Shown here one piece after another: positions 54,681 to 64,000 of a stretch of DNA of 64,000 nt. Under the pieces are notes generated by a model. The model saw nothing but the letters and a program-made list of their open reading frames with translations, did no database searches and was not told where the DNA came from. This DNA comes from Diplonema japonicum (taxonomy: Eukaryota > Protista > Euglenozoa: Diplonemea): the NCBI GenBank assembly GCA_964019335.1, contig OZ025729.1:372001-436000 (forward strand), in the 5' to 3' direction. A program made the position numbers and the translations under genes. Position 1 is the first letter of the stretch; the number at the start of each line of letters is the position of its first letter.

Positions 54681-54848
54681 GATACAAGCGGAGCAGGCTG
54701 GCAATTCTGGCGATTGATTTGAAGATGACGACTGGTATCCTTCTCGGGTTAGAGAAGAAAGCCGCGTGCCTGCGGTACATCCTCAAAAGAGTGCAGAGCT
54801 CCGCAGAATGGTGAAGGCACGCGCACCGCAAAAAGAAATAGACCGAGT
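54681..54848 (+). mobile_element. Short decayed LINE C-terminal remnant
   Basis: LAIDLKMTTGILLGLEKKAACLRYILKRVQ resembles LAIDFECYTKKTLG..DKKAVRIKRILDTLQ; lies between T-tracts. Confidence 0.55.
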
Positions 54849-54982
54849 TTCTTTTTTTTTTTTCTTATGATCCCCCCCTCCCCCTGTCCTTCTTTTTTTT
54901 TTGTCCCTCTCTTTCCCCTTTTCTGAATTACATCACCATAATACAAAAAAAAAGGAAAGTTTTTCTTTAAAAAAAAACAAAA

Positions 54983-57457
54983 ATGCCTGTATATGTCCCG
55001 TCGAAGGCCATCATCTGCATCTCGACGATTGTGTCGACTCTGATCTCGCTGCTGGCGGGCTACATGCTCTACTTAGAGAGTATCTCTGTCCTCCGAGATT
55101 CTGTAGACGAGGCGAGTGCGGCAGCGTCGAAGAGTGCCAGGCTGAGGCTTGCCGGTATGTTGCAAGACTCGAAGAAAACAGCCTACGAAGGAAGCCTTCT
55201 GTTCAACAGAAACGACGTTTTCAACGTGTCGAAAGGACTTCGGGTATTCGACGAGGCTTTCCATGTTCAGTACTTTGCCTCGCTGAAGTCTTCGGATGAG
55301 TTCTATGGAGGCGGGTTTACCTTAGCAAAGAGGCGACCAGATTGCCCAACATGCACACAGCCATGGCAAGACCTTGAGGGGTACACCAAGGTGTCTGTCT
55401 GGTACGACCCCATCTACGACTCACAGGGGAGGGAAGCCAAATACTGGCTCACCGGACGGACCGTTCCCGTAGGCGATAACTTAGGGGGGGTAAAAGAGTG
55501 GCGGAGGGGTTTCCATGCAATCAACAACGACACGGGCGTGCTCGCTAACAGGTCAGAGATGGCAGTTGTGCCGAGCACCCTGACCACCACGTGGGCAATC
55601 AACGTTGAAAAGGACATCAAGAACATGGAAACCTTCCCCACCAACGGGACATGGTCACCGACTTACTTCTGGAACTCCGTCGATGGGTCGCCTTACGCAT
55701 ATAACGCTTTCACCCTCAGGATCGAGCCTCCTTGGGGAAGAGGGCAGTATGTCATCACCGCACTCGTGTGGTTTATGTTCCGTCCATGGACGTCTGTCAT
55801 CAGGGAGTTCGAGACTACACACACTGAACTAGTGGCCCTCGACCCATATCTAGACCAGGTTTTCGCGCACACCATCTACGACGGGTTGGCTGGTGTCAAA
55901 CCCGAGTGCTTCACGACTTGCTTCACGTGTGCTGACTTCGCAGGGACAGATTGCGTGGCGCAAAGCAAAGACCTTGGCCAAACCGCTGCCGGTGCGGTGA
56001 ACGCATCGAAGATACGACCTCGCGGGACATTCTTCACCGCAGACCTGCCGTCCACAAACCAGCGCATCCACGTCCAATACGGGGAATACTACGAACCGCA
56101 GGATGTGAACAAAACAAACCCAAAATACAAGAACGACTACTACATTAACTCGAAGTTGGATGGTGGGGAGTACTTCCTACGCATGACGCACTTCTACACT
56201 GCCGGGCCCACCACTTTCGAGCTTCTCTGGATGCGCTCCGTCGCTTCTGTGAACGAAAAGGTGTTCGTTGCATTGGTCCAGCTCATCATTGCATCTGTCG
56301 TGATCTTCGTGGTTGACATCATAATCGCCGTTCTGGAGGTGACCCTGATCGCCCGCCCGCTGGAGAAGCTTGTCATTGGAAACCAGTTCTTGGAAACGAT
56401 GGATCTTGACGGGGCAGAAGCGCATATGAAAGCAATGTACAAGCCCATTATGGTGAAGGAGGTGGCCCGTGTGACTGATGGGATGGTGATTGCGATTATG
56501 GGTTTGAGGGAGTACAAGGCGTACCTCCCAAACACCTTGTTCGTTGATGAGTCTGAAGATGATTCGGCGACTGCGTCCAGCCTGTCGAAAGGGACAGTAG
56601 TGACGCCATCGAGGAAGTCGGCACAATCTGCCATGACACGGTCGCGAATGACGCGTGCTGCTGTAGGGGCGCAGAACCTCTCGATGCACATGCAGAACTA
56701 CAAAGGTACTATTGTGCGGTTGACCTTTCCGGTACATTTGTTCACGACCTTCCCAGATGGCTTTGGCACGCTTGTCGAGGTGATCCAAGAGGCGGTGCAG
56801 GCCACGAAAGGTCTTAACCATGGTTTCGCCGTCTGCGACCCCCTTTCCTTCACTCTAACATGGAACATTGGGCTGCGCTGCACCGAGGCTATGGGACGCG
56901 CCATGACTTCCTGCAGGGCAATCGCCTTATCGGGAAAGATTTCGGAGATAGCAACGCCCATCATGTCGGGAACACAAGGAACGTTTCAGGCAGGGAACCT
57001 TGGGTCTGCCACTGCAAAGGGTTTCGGGATAAAGGGAAACGCACTTCTGGAGCTAAGGGGTATCGCTGCTGTGGGCGAGATTGTTATTAGCACACTGCCG
57101 AAGCCTTTGATCCTCGTTGGGCCTTTGATCTCAGAGGGGTTGAGCGGGAAGTTCGAACTGAACGCAGTGACGCTACTTAGCATGGCGAATGCAAAGAACC
57201 CCTTTATTGTGAACGAGGTGGGCAGCGCTGTCGAGGCTAAGGAGGAAGAGTGGATGTACCAGCTGCAGGACGCCACGGCTGTCAGCGACCCTGTCGCCGC
57301 TGCGTTTGCTACGATACAGGCAGATTTTACATCCAGACCTGATGTTAAGATATCCGACCCCACTAACCTTCAGTCCTGGTCCATCCAGAACATCCAGAAT
57401 GGGAACGCAATTATGTCATTTTCAGCAGCGGCCACGTGGTATAAATCAAGCAACTAG
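54983..57457 (+). CDS. Receptor-type degenerate nucleotide cyclase (paralog of 36042)
   Basis: 824 aa, same architecture and motifs as the 36042 gene. Confidence 0.8.
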   Translation: MPVYVPSKAIICISTIVSTLISLLAGYMLYLESISVLRDSVDEASAAASKSARLRLAGMLQDSKKTAYEGSLLFNRNDVFNVSKGLRVFDEAFHVQYFASLKSSDEFYGGGFTLAKRRPDCPTCTQPWQDLEGYTKVSVWYDPIYDSQGREAKYWLTGRTVPVGDNLGGVKEWRRGFHAINNDTGVLANRSEMAVVPSTLTTTWAINVEKDIKNMETFPTNGTWSPTYFWNSVDGSPYAYNAFTLRIEPPWGRGQYVITALVWFMFRPWTSVIREFETTHTELVALDPYLDQVFAHTIYDGLAGVKPECFTTCFTCADFAGTDCVAQSKDLGQTAAGAVNASKIRPRGTFFTADLPSTNQRIHVQYGEYYEPQDVNKTNPKYKNDYYINSKLDGGEYFLRMTHFYTAGPTTFELLWMRSVASVNEKVFVALVQLIIASVVIFVVDIIIAVLEVTLIARPLEKLVIGNQFLETMDLDGAEAHMKAMYKPIMVKEVARVTDGMVIAIMGLREYKAYLPNTLFVDESEDDSATASSLSKGTVVTPSRKSAQSAMTRSRMTRAAVGAQNLSMHMQNYKGTIVRLTFPVHLFTTFPDGFGTLVEVIQEAVQATKGLNHGFAVCDPLSFTLTWNIGLRCTEAMGRAMTSCRAIALSGKISEIATPIMSGTQGTFQAGNLGSATAKGFGIKGNALLELRGIAAVGEIVISTLPKPLILVGPLISEGLSGKFELNAVTLLSMANAKNPFIVNEVGSAVEAKEEEWMYQLQDATAVSDPVAAAFATIQADFTSRPDVKISDPTNLQSWSIQNIQNGNAIMSFSAAATWYKSSN

Positions 57458-57571
57458 AGATCTCTCTTTTCGACCATTCAAATCTTTTACGCTTACCCAA
57501 CCCGCCAGAAGAATAAACACATCTCCCGTTCCTCCCCTCTCCCTCAAATTTTGTTCACTCCACATGGCTTG

Positions 57572-57643
57572 GTGAACCATCCGGAGCGTTCAGGATGTGA
57601 ACCATCCGGAGCATTCAGGATGTGAACCATCCGGAGCATTCAG
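57572..57643 (+). repeat. 25-bp tandem repeat, about 3 copies
   Basis: gtgaaccatccggagc(g/a)ttcaggat head-to-tail with no spacers. Confidence 0.85.
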
Positions 57644-57651
57644 CTTTTTTT

Positions 57652-58160
57652 ATGGAATGAGGTAACCACAGGGAAGCGTTGCTGAAGGCGAACGGGGCGT
57701 CAGGCACGGTCCTGACCTTTCATTTGAAGAACGTCCTCAAGTGGCTAAGAGGCCTACGATGTAAGAAGAAAACTTCCGTCACGACAATGGAACTCGACTC
57801 GCCAGACTAGACTATGAGACCACCTGCCGGTCACTCATAGGTCCCCTCGACGACCAAGACCTGCTCACGGAAAAGGCCGCAAGGATGCGATGGGTCGCAT
57901 CCAGAAATGCTCAGCACGTTGTGAAGGTCAGCCTTCCCCGCCAACGCCAAATCAGGGTGCATACCCTTCGACATCTTGGGGGCCCGACGGCACGCGGCTA
58001 CGACAGGAGACCACTCTTCTCCTCGAGCCAAACCGCCCCCTACCTAGCACGACTCCAAGCAATGTTTCTCGCCCAGGTGCCGTCCATCTCATCGTGACAA
58101 ACAGCCACCGCAGGCACCAGACAGCAACCGCAGAACGGTGACCGGTTAGTGTGAATTTCT
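57652..58160 (+). mobile_element. Decayed LINE 3' fragment (divergent family member)
   Basis: EVTTGKR, VLKWLRGLR, SVTTMEL, LDYET, TLRHLGG...GYDRRPLFSS.QT..L; ends ..gtgtgaattt. Confidence 0.75.
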
Positions 58161-58568
58161 ACCTGAACAGTGAGCACCCCCATGCACACTGAAATTTATC
58201 GAGTTTTTTTACTATTTATCTTCTCACAGGTAAAAACTCTTTTTTACATTTTGAGATAAAACAGCTTGCCAGCGGCCAAAGCAACGAACAAGAAACGAGG
58301 CTCCGAACACCCCACTTGTGAATAGCGAATTGCTGACCTACAAAGCGTGTTTGTTTGCACCTTTTTCTTTTACAAGAATGAATGGTAGCGACCAACGGCT
58401 TGGCTTGACTTTTTTGCCCCCTTTTTTAAAAGACTTTTTACTATAAACCTTTTTGCATCTTTTCTCGAAAGAAGGGGACGTTGGTAAGCGGTCCCTTTCG
58501 CCATGACATAATACAAAAAGAAAAGAAAAAATAAAAGAAAAATACGGTAAAAGAAGCACTCGCACAAA

Positions 58569-59330
58569 TATTGCAAAACGAAAAACTCCCGGATGGAAAA
58601 ATGTCCGAGTTTTTTTGGCGTCCGGGAATCTTTCCTTCCAGGAATTTCTTTTGGCCTGGGCTCAAACGGCAACCGCGCGAAGAGACCCCCACCGAATCTG
58701 GGTTCCTTTTCTGCATCTCTGTCCTCTCTTGCTGGCCATGTGTTTCTTGTCTGTATTATCCTTGGAAGAAGATGCTCGTGTGTGCCTTACCAACTCTACG
58801 AACCCATAGGTCGTATGAGAGTTGTAGTCGTCGACAAGCAGCAGAATCGGCTCGTTCGGGGCAAACCATGAGAATCGATGATTTTACAGCAAAAAGGAAG
58901 AAGCAGCTCCGTAACCCGGATTCCGAGTAATGATTGGGCGACCATTCGGTGGGCGAGTGCTTGACCGGGCACGACCACGGATAATCCTTGCCGGTTGCAA
59001 GTTCCGTTTTGCCTTTGTATATAAGTTGCACTAATCCCTAGCCAAGGAAATTAGCATCCTTCGGGGGCTGGAGCTGCTTTCGGGGGTTCTGGCCTTCTTG
59101 GTCCGGTGTAAGGAGTTTATCTCCTCCACCTCCGGAGGGTGAGCTGCCGGGGGTGTCAGCAACCAAAGCCGGGCGACTCACAAGCCAGCTGCTCAACGTG
59201 CCTTGGGAGTCTGCACAAGGAATAAAGCCCTTCCAGGCAACGTGGTGGTTGGAAAAAAAGAAAAGCATGAGCTATGTAAAAGATTTCTTCCCAGAAAAAC
59301 TCCCGGACGTTTTTCCTTCGTTTTAGTATA
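58569..59330. mobile_element. ~760-bp TIR element related to the MITE at 2564
   Basis: Left end matches the reverse complement of 2590-2658; right end tcccggacgtttttccttcgttttagta is an imperfect inverted copy. Confidence 0.55.
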
Positions 59331-60426
59331 AAAATTAAGAAATTTACAGTGCTCACATAATTGCTGCCATTTCTTTTTACTTCTTTTATAAACTTCCTCT
59401 CTGCTTTTTTTCTTCCTTTCTTTTCTGCAGTTTTCTTTTCAGTATTTAAAGTGCACAGGCCAACAAATCGAAAGGTCGAAGAGATGAAGGTGTCCAATAG
59501 CTGCTCCGATGCGATGAAGTCACCAGTAGATGTGGTAACCCCCTCTGGCTCAGACTGGGAAAAAAAGCCCACAGTACCGTGACTCCGGTCGAGAGATGAC
59601 ACGCGACTACAGGGAACACACCTACCTCACTGCTGACATGAGGCCCGGTCCCACTGCACTCACAGCACTTTGTTAACACTTAAGTGACTTGCAGGCATCA
59701 GGCTGGCTGTGTTCACCCGTACCCCCTTAAAGGCGTGCAACAGTGCTGGACCATATTGCCTTCCTCGTCGCAGACCCGTAGGTAATAGGCCAGGTCCGCA
59801 CGGATTCGCGGTTTAGCATTCCCTTCAGCACACACGATCTCTCTCATAAGTGACCCCAAAAGGGATTTCACACACTCAAAGCGATCGATAATTCAAAAAA
59901 AAAAAAAGCTCCCAAGAAGGGCAGTTGAAGCGCAGCACTGGCACGGTTCTGGGCTTCCCCTAAGGGGTCATGCTGCATACAGACTGTCGCTGTGAGGTGG
60001 CCTTGATTGCTTAAAACCAATGGAACTAGCGAGATTTCTTTCTTTTTCTTTTAAGCCAATGGGGAAGGGGTTGGAGAGGTTCTTTCTCCGTTATTTGTGA
60101 ACAAGATAGTGCAAACATGATAATGGTGGCGCAAAAAAAGGGCCCAGATTTGATGCGCGAAAAAAGAGTCTTACACCCCAGATTTGATACAAAAGAAAAG
60201 CCAGGGGGGCCTGGGGGGGTAGGTAGTGGTAAAGTGGGTTTTTTCAAATTCGGAATGCAGAGTACTGGAGCCGCTTAATCCATGTAAACCACCCCTTTCT
60301 CGACCAAAAATCGATTCCCGCCGGTTCTTTTCACTTTTGGGCACCTACAAAGCATTATTTTGCATTTTTAAAAAAGGTGACCACGGTTTGGTGGTACCTG
60401 TTGTCTCCCCTGTATTCCTGAATTTT

Positions 60427-61108
60427 CTGCAGAAGGAGATGCAGTTTTTTACGGCTGTCGTAGCCTTGTTGTAAATATGTTCTGGTATTTTACAGCTGGT
60501 ATACAACATTTTGCTATTGTGTATTGCAATAGGAATGATCGTTCAGCTGGTGATCGAGAGGAGGGTTCGTTATGGTTTCATGGAGGCCCTTGCCATTATG
60601 TACTTGTTCGGGGTGGCTTTTCTGTATTTGGACTGGGACACTGCGGCGTCCTACAGAAGCAGGGGGTGGCCTTTATTTGTTCTGTTGATGGATGCTTGTC
60701 TGCTGTTCCGGCTTCCCAAACGAGTTTCCATCGGTCTCATTGTCCTCCTCGTGAGTTGGTTGATAGTCCTTGTTTTCGAGAACACCTATCGCTTCGGTCT
60801 TATGACGTATCTCATCTCCCTTCACAGGAAGAGTAACTGTGAGATGCTGCCCTGCAGTCTTCCGCTCTCTGCCGCAGGGGTTTTTTCTGCAGTTTACCGT
60901 TTTCTTCCTCGATTTCTACTTCACCCCGTACCTTTGCGCATGATGTTGTTAGCGAAAGCAATCGCCGCCACTGAGGGCATCGCGACGTCGCTCTCCCGAT
61001 TCGACCTCACCTCTGCCGAGGAGATCATCTCAACAGCCTCCCTCCCCGCCCCACTCCATGCCGCATTTACCCAGATCCTCAACCTCCACATCTACCGTCC
61101 CTACCTCC
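60427..61108 (+). pseudogene. Truncated, frameshifted duplicate of the 61589 cyclase-like gene
   Basis: Colinear with 61649-62369, with multiple small deletions; stops at YRPYL. Confidence 0.8.
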
Positions 61109-61588
61109 AAAAAGGGCAACATATATGGTGTACCTGTTGCTGTTCTTTCAATTGCGATGCTTGTTTTGCCATGAGGGGGCAGGCTTTGCAAACCGGTTGC
61201 TCCTGGGAAGCGAAAAACAGAGGTCAGAAAAACGTCAAACAATATTTAAAATGCAATTTTATTGCTTAAAATACAGCATCAGGGTGCTGGATTTCAACCC
61301 ACTGTTACAGGTACTTAGCGAAAAATATATGGTGTTGCATAGCCCCCGAAAATCTGGTTTTTTGCACCCCATTTTTTTGCTTTTTTCGAGGGGTTCCAAG
61401 GAGATTTTGGTCTAACATGACCTTTTTCGGAAAAGCCGATTCTTAACACTTGCCTGCCCATCAGAGCTTCGACATTGGTATCTTTGGAGACAAACTTGCA
61501 TTCATCTGCTGAGGGTTTTCATTTTTTTTTCTTCCCTCATGTAACTTAAAAATTGAAAATTACTCAGGACTTGGCAAGGGGGGAACAC

Positions 61589-63316
61589 ATGGCACGTTGT
61601 TGGCCGCTTTCGCGTGTCTTGCTTCCAACTGACGGGACGTACACAGTGCTGCAGAAGGAGTTGCAGTTTTATGCGGCTCTCTTTAACATTGTTGTAAATA
61701 TATACTGGTTTTTGACAGTTGGTACCTGGTACAACATTTTGCTATTGTGCATTGCGGTGGGAATGATCGTTCAGTTGGTGATCGAAAGGAGGGTTCGTTA
61801 TGGTTTCGTAGAGGCCATTATGTACTTGTTCGGGGTGGCTTTTCTGTATTTGGACTGGGACACTGCGGCGTCCTACAAAAGCAGGGGGTGGCCTTTATTT
61901 GTTCTGTTGATTGATACTTGTCTGCTGTTCCGGCTTCACAACCGAGTTTCCATCGGTCTCATTGTCCTCCTCGTGAGTTGGTTGATAGTCCTTGTTTTCG
62001 AGAACACCTATCGCTTCGGTCTTTATGACGTATCAAATCTCCCTTCACAGGAAGATCGGCGAGATGTTGTAACCTGTGAGATGCTGCCCTGCAGTCGTCC
62101 ACTCGCTTTCTCAGCCAAGGAGTTTTTTCTGCAGTTTACCGTTTTCTTCCTCGATTTCTACTTCACCCGTACCTTTGCGCATGATGTTGTTAGCGAAAGC
62201 AACAAGATGAGCGCGGCAATTGCCGCCACTGAGGACATCGCGACGTCGCTCTCCCGATTCGACCTCACCTCTGCCGATGAGATCATCTCAACAGCCTCCC
62301 TCCCCGCCCCACTCCATGCCGCATTTACCCAGATCCTCAACAACCTCCACATCTACCGCCCCTACCTCCCTCAGTCCTGCCTTCAGGACGAGAGGGGTGA
62401 GGACGACGACTCTACAGGTTGCGGAGATCCTGTGCCCACCTCCCCGTCGGCGTCTAAGTCGTCGCGTTCCGAAGATGATTTCAAGGTTCTTGACAAGAAG
62501 CGGTCTTCTTTAACGTCACTTGAAAAGAAGCGGTGCACATTGACGGTGACGAACATGCTTGGGTCGCACAAGCAGGCATCGAAAGACATCGCGGCATACC
62601 AGGACAGGTACGGACTCTTCATAGAGGGGCTGCTTGCCTGCTTCTCAAGTGTGAAAGGGGTTGTGGGTGTTGTTCTGGGTGACCATGTGCATGCCTCGTT
62701 CAACACAGTGAAGAGGTGTGCCTCCCATGAGAAGTGTGCTGTTCAAGGTGCTGTGTCCCTCTGTGCAGCACTGGAGGAGGTGGGGATTGCTGTTTCGACA
62801 GGTGTGGCGAGCGGGGTAGCCTTCTGCGGCTCTCTTGGGTGCTCGGAACTCATGTCTGTTGCAACAATCGGTTCATGCGCTGTTGCGGCCTCCGCTCTTC
62901 AGGAAGTAGCTTCAACAAGAGGAGGCCACAGGGTGGTGTGCAGTGGGAATGTGTACAGCGAATTGTCATTCAGCTTCACAATGAGGATCATCTTGGGTAG
63001 GGTGCGGGTCGGGGGCACAGAGGCAGTGGAGCTGGCGTACGAGGTCTTGGAGGCAGAGGTCGGGGCTGCGGAAGAGGCGGAGTGGATGTACCAACTGGAG
63101 GAGGGGCCTTGGGACACTTACAACACGGCATCTAAACAGTTCCTTCTTGGGAACGGGACGGAGGCACTTCGTGTCTTGCAGATCAGAAATGGCCCCCCCC
63201 GCCCTGTTCCAGTGGACACAGCAGAGAAACATTTGGAAGAGTTCATTCTGTCTGGTAGTACTGATCTTGAATTGATGACTTCGTCCACAGGAGGACATGA
63301 CGCGCAATTAGCTTGA
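61589..63316 (+). CDS. Multi-TM degenerate nucleotide cyclase (copy 4, divergent TM region)
   Basis: Cytosolic part nearly identical to copies 1-3; ATG at 61589. Confidence 0.8.
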   Translation: MARCWPLSRVLLPTDGTYTVLQKELQFYAALFNIVVNIYWFLTVGTWYNILLLCIAVGMIVQLVIERRVRYGFVEAIMYLFGVAFLYLDWDTAASYKSRGWPLFVLLIDTCLLFRLHNRVSIGLIVLLVSWLIVLVFENTYRFGLYDVSNLPSQEDRRDVVTCEMLPCSRPLAFSAKEFFLQFTVFFLDFYFTRTFAHDVVSESNKMSAAIAATEDIATSLSRFDLTSADEIISTASLPAPLHAAFTQILNNLHIYRPYLPQSCLQDERGEDDDSTGCGDPVPTSPSASKSSRSEDDFKVLDKKRSSLTSLEKKRCTLTVTNMLGSHKQASKDIAAYQDRYGLFIEGLLACFSSVKGVVGVVLGDHVHASFNTVKRCASHEKCAVQGAVSLCAALEEVGIAVSTGVASGVAFCGSLGCSELMSVATIGSCAVAASALQEVASTRGGHRVVCSGNVYSELSFSFTMRIILGRVRVGGTEAVELAYEVLEAEVGAAEEAEWMYQLEEGPWDTYNTASKQFLLGNGTEALRVLQIRNGPPRPVPVDTAEKHLEEFILSGSTDLELMTSSTGGHDAQLA

Positions 63317-63476
63317 GAGGTAAGTTCATGTTGGGAGAAACCCCGTTCAACTATAGAAAAGAACTTTTACCCGTAAAAATAAAGGGCAATTCATCTTTCT
63401 AGATGAAACAGGATAGGTACGGGGGTATACAAGTATATATGATGAGCGCGACTTACCACGAATAATAAAAAGATGG

Positions 63477-63805
63477 GAAAAACACTGTTCACGGTAAGCA
63501 AATAACTTTTTTCCACCGTTTCCTTAAACCTAAATTTTTTTTCCACCAAGTACGGTAACCTGCAACTTTTTTTCCACCAAATGCAGTAACCTGCAACTCT
63601 TTTTCCACCAAGTACGGTAACCACAACTTTTTTTCCATCGTTACTGTAACCACCAAGTTTTTTCCTTATGCAACTACAAACTAACTTTAAAAAGTTATGA
63701 TTACCGTACTTTGTGGAAAAAGAATTCCAAGTTACCGTGAATAGAGATTCTGCTTACAGTACTTGGTGGAAAAAAGTTATTTGCTTACCGTGAACGGTGT
63801 TTTTC
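63477..63805. mobile_element. MITE with ~41-bp TIRs and internal tandem repeats
   Basis: gaaaaacactgttcacggtaagcaaataacttttttccacc inverted at 63765-63805 (1 mismatch); internal ~31-bp ttttttccaccaagtacggtaacc units. Confidence 0.8.
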
Positions 63806-63846
63806 TCTAAAAAGATTTTCAAAAAGAAAAGAAGAAAAGAAGCGAA

Positions 63847-64000
63847 ATGAAACTCACAATGTTCATTCGAACAACTTCAGAGGTGCACGATGTCACGATA
63901 GATGAGGGCCAGACGGTGCGGTGTTGCACGAGAAGGCGGCCGCGCCTTTGGGATGAAACCCGGTTTCTCTTGAAGTACGAGGGGGCCGAACTGGACGCGG
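63847..64000 (+). CDS. 5' part of a gene with a ubiquitin-like N-terminus (cut by the window end)
   Basis: MFIRT..HDVTIDEGQTV..L.LKYEGAELD resembles a UBL fold. Confidence 0.4.
   Translation, partial: MKLTMFIRTTSEVHDVTIDEGQTVRCCTRRRPRLWDETRFLLKYEGAELDA

Noticed and set aside
57572-57643. Possible CRISPR array
   Set aside because: Head-to-tail 25-bp repeats with no spacers, no cas genes, eukaryotic context
1-64000. Spliced-leader RNA, tRNA or rRNA genes
   Set aside because: No recognisable match found by eye; covariance-model scans would be needed to exclude them

Overview
Eukaryotic protist DNA, most consistent with a euglenozoan (diplonemid-like). This is inferred from every host gene lying on the + strand, poly-T/polypyrimidine-AG tracts before starts, rare GTATG..CAG introns and expanded 'EWMYQL' cyclase-like families. 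Host genes: four copies and one pseudogene of a multi-TM degenerate class III nucleotide cyclase, two receptor-type degenerate cyclases, a receptor/cyclase-like protein fused to a cyclic-nucleotide-gated channel, USP7-like, YJU2, Rab, casein kinase 1, PLAC8-like, an Mpo1/PEMT-like fusion and a surface protein. The most striking feature is the 7-kb CK1 intron. It holds a near full-length non-LTR retrotransposon (ORF1; OTU-APE-RT-CCHC-unknown C-terminal domain) whose 5' end is a complete U2 snRNA starting at its +1, 25 nt before the ORF1 ATG. The same LINE group has a second 5'-truncated copy with an intact ORF, three decayed 3' remnants and several ~40-nt 3'-end tags. All are sense-oriented in T-tracts and lack poly(A). 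Also present: a gag-YR-RT/RNaseH tyrosine-recombinase retrotransposon with split direct repeats, its 55-bp mini-derivative, and several MITE/TIR elements. Some frameshifts may be sequencing indels.
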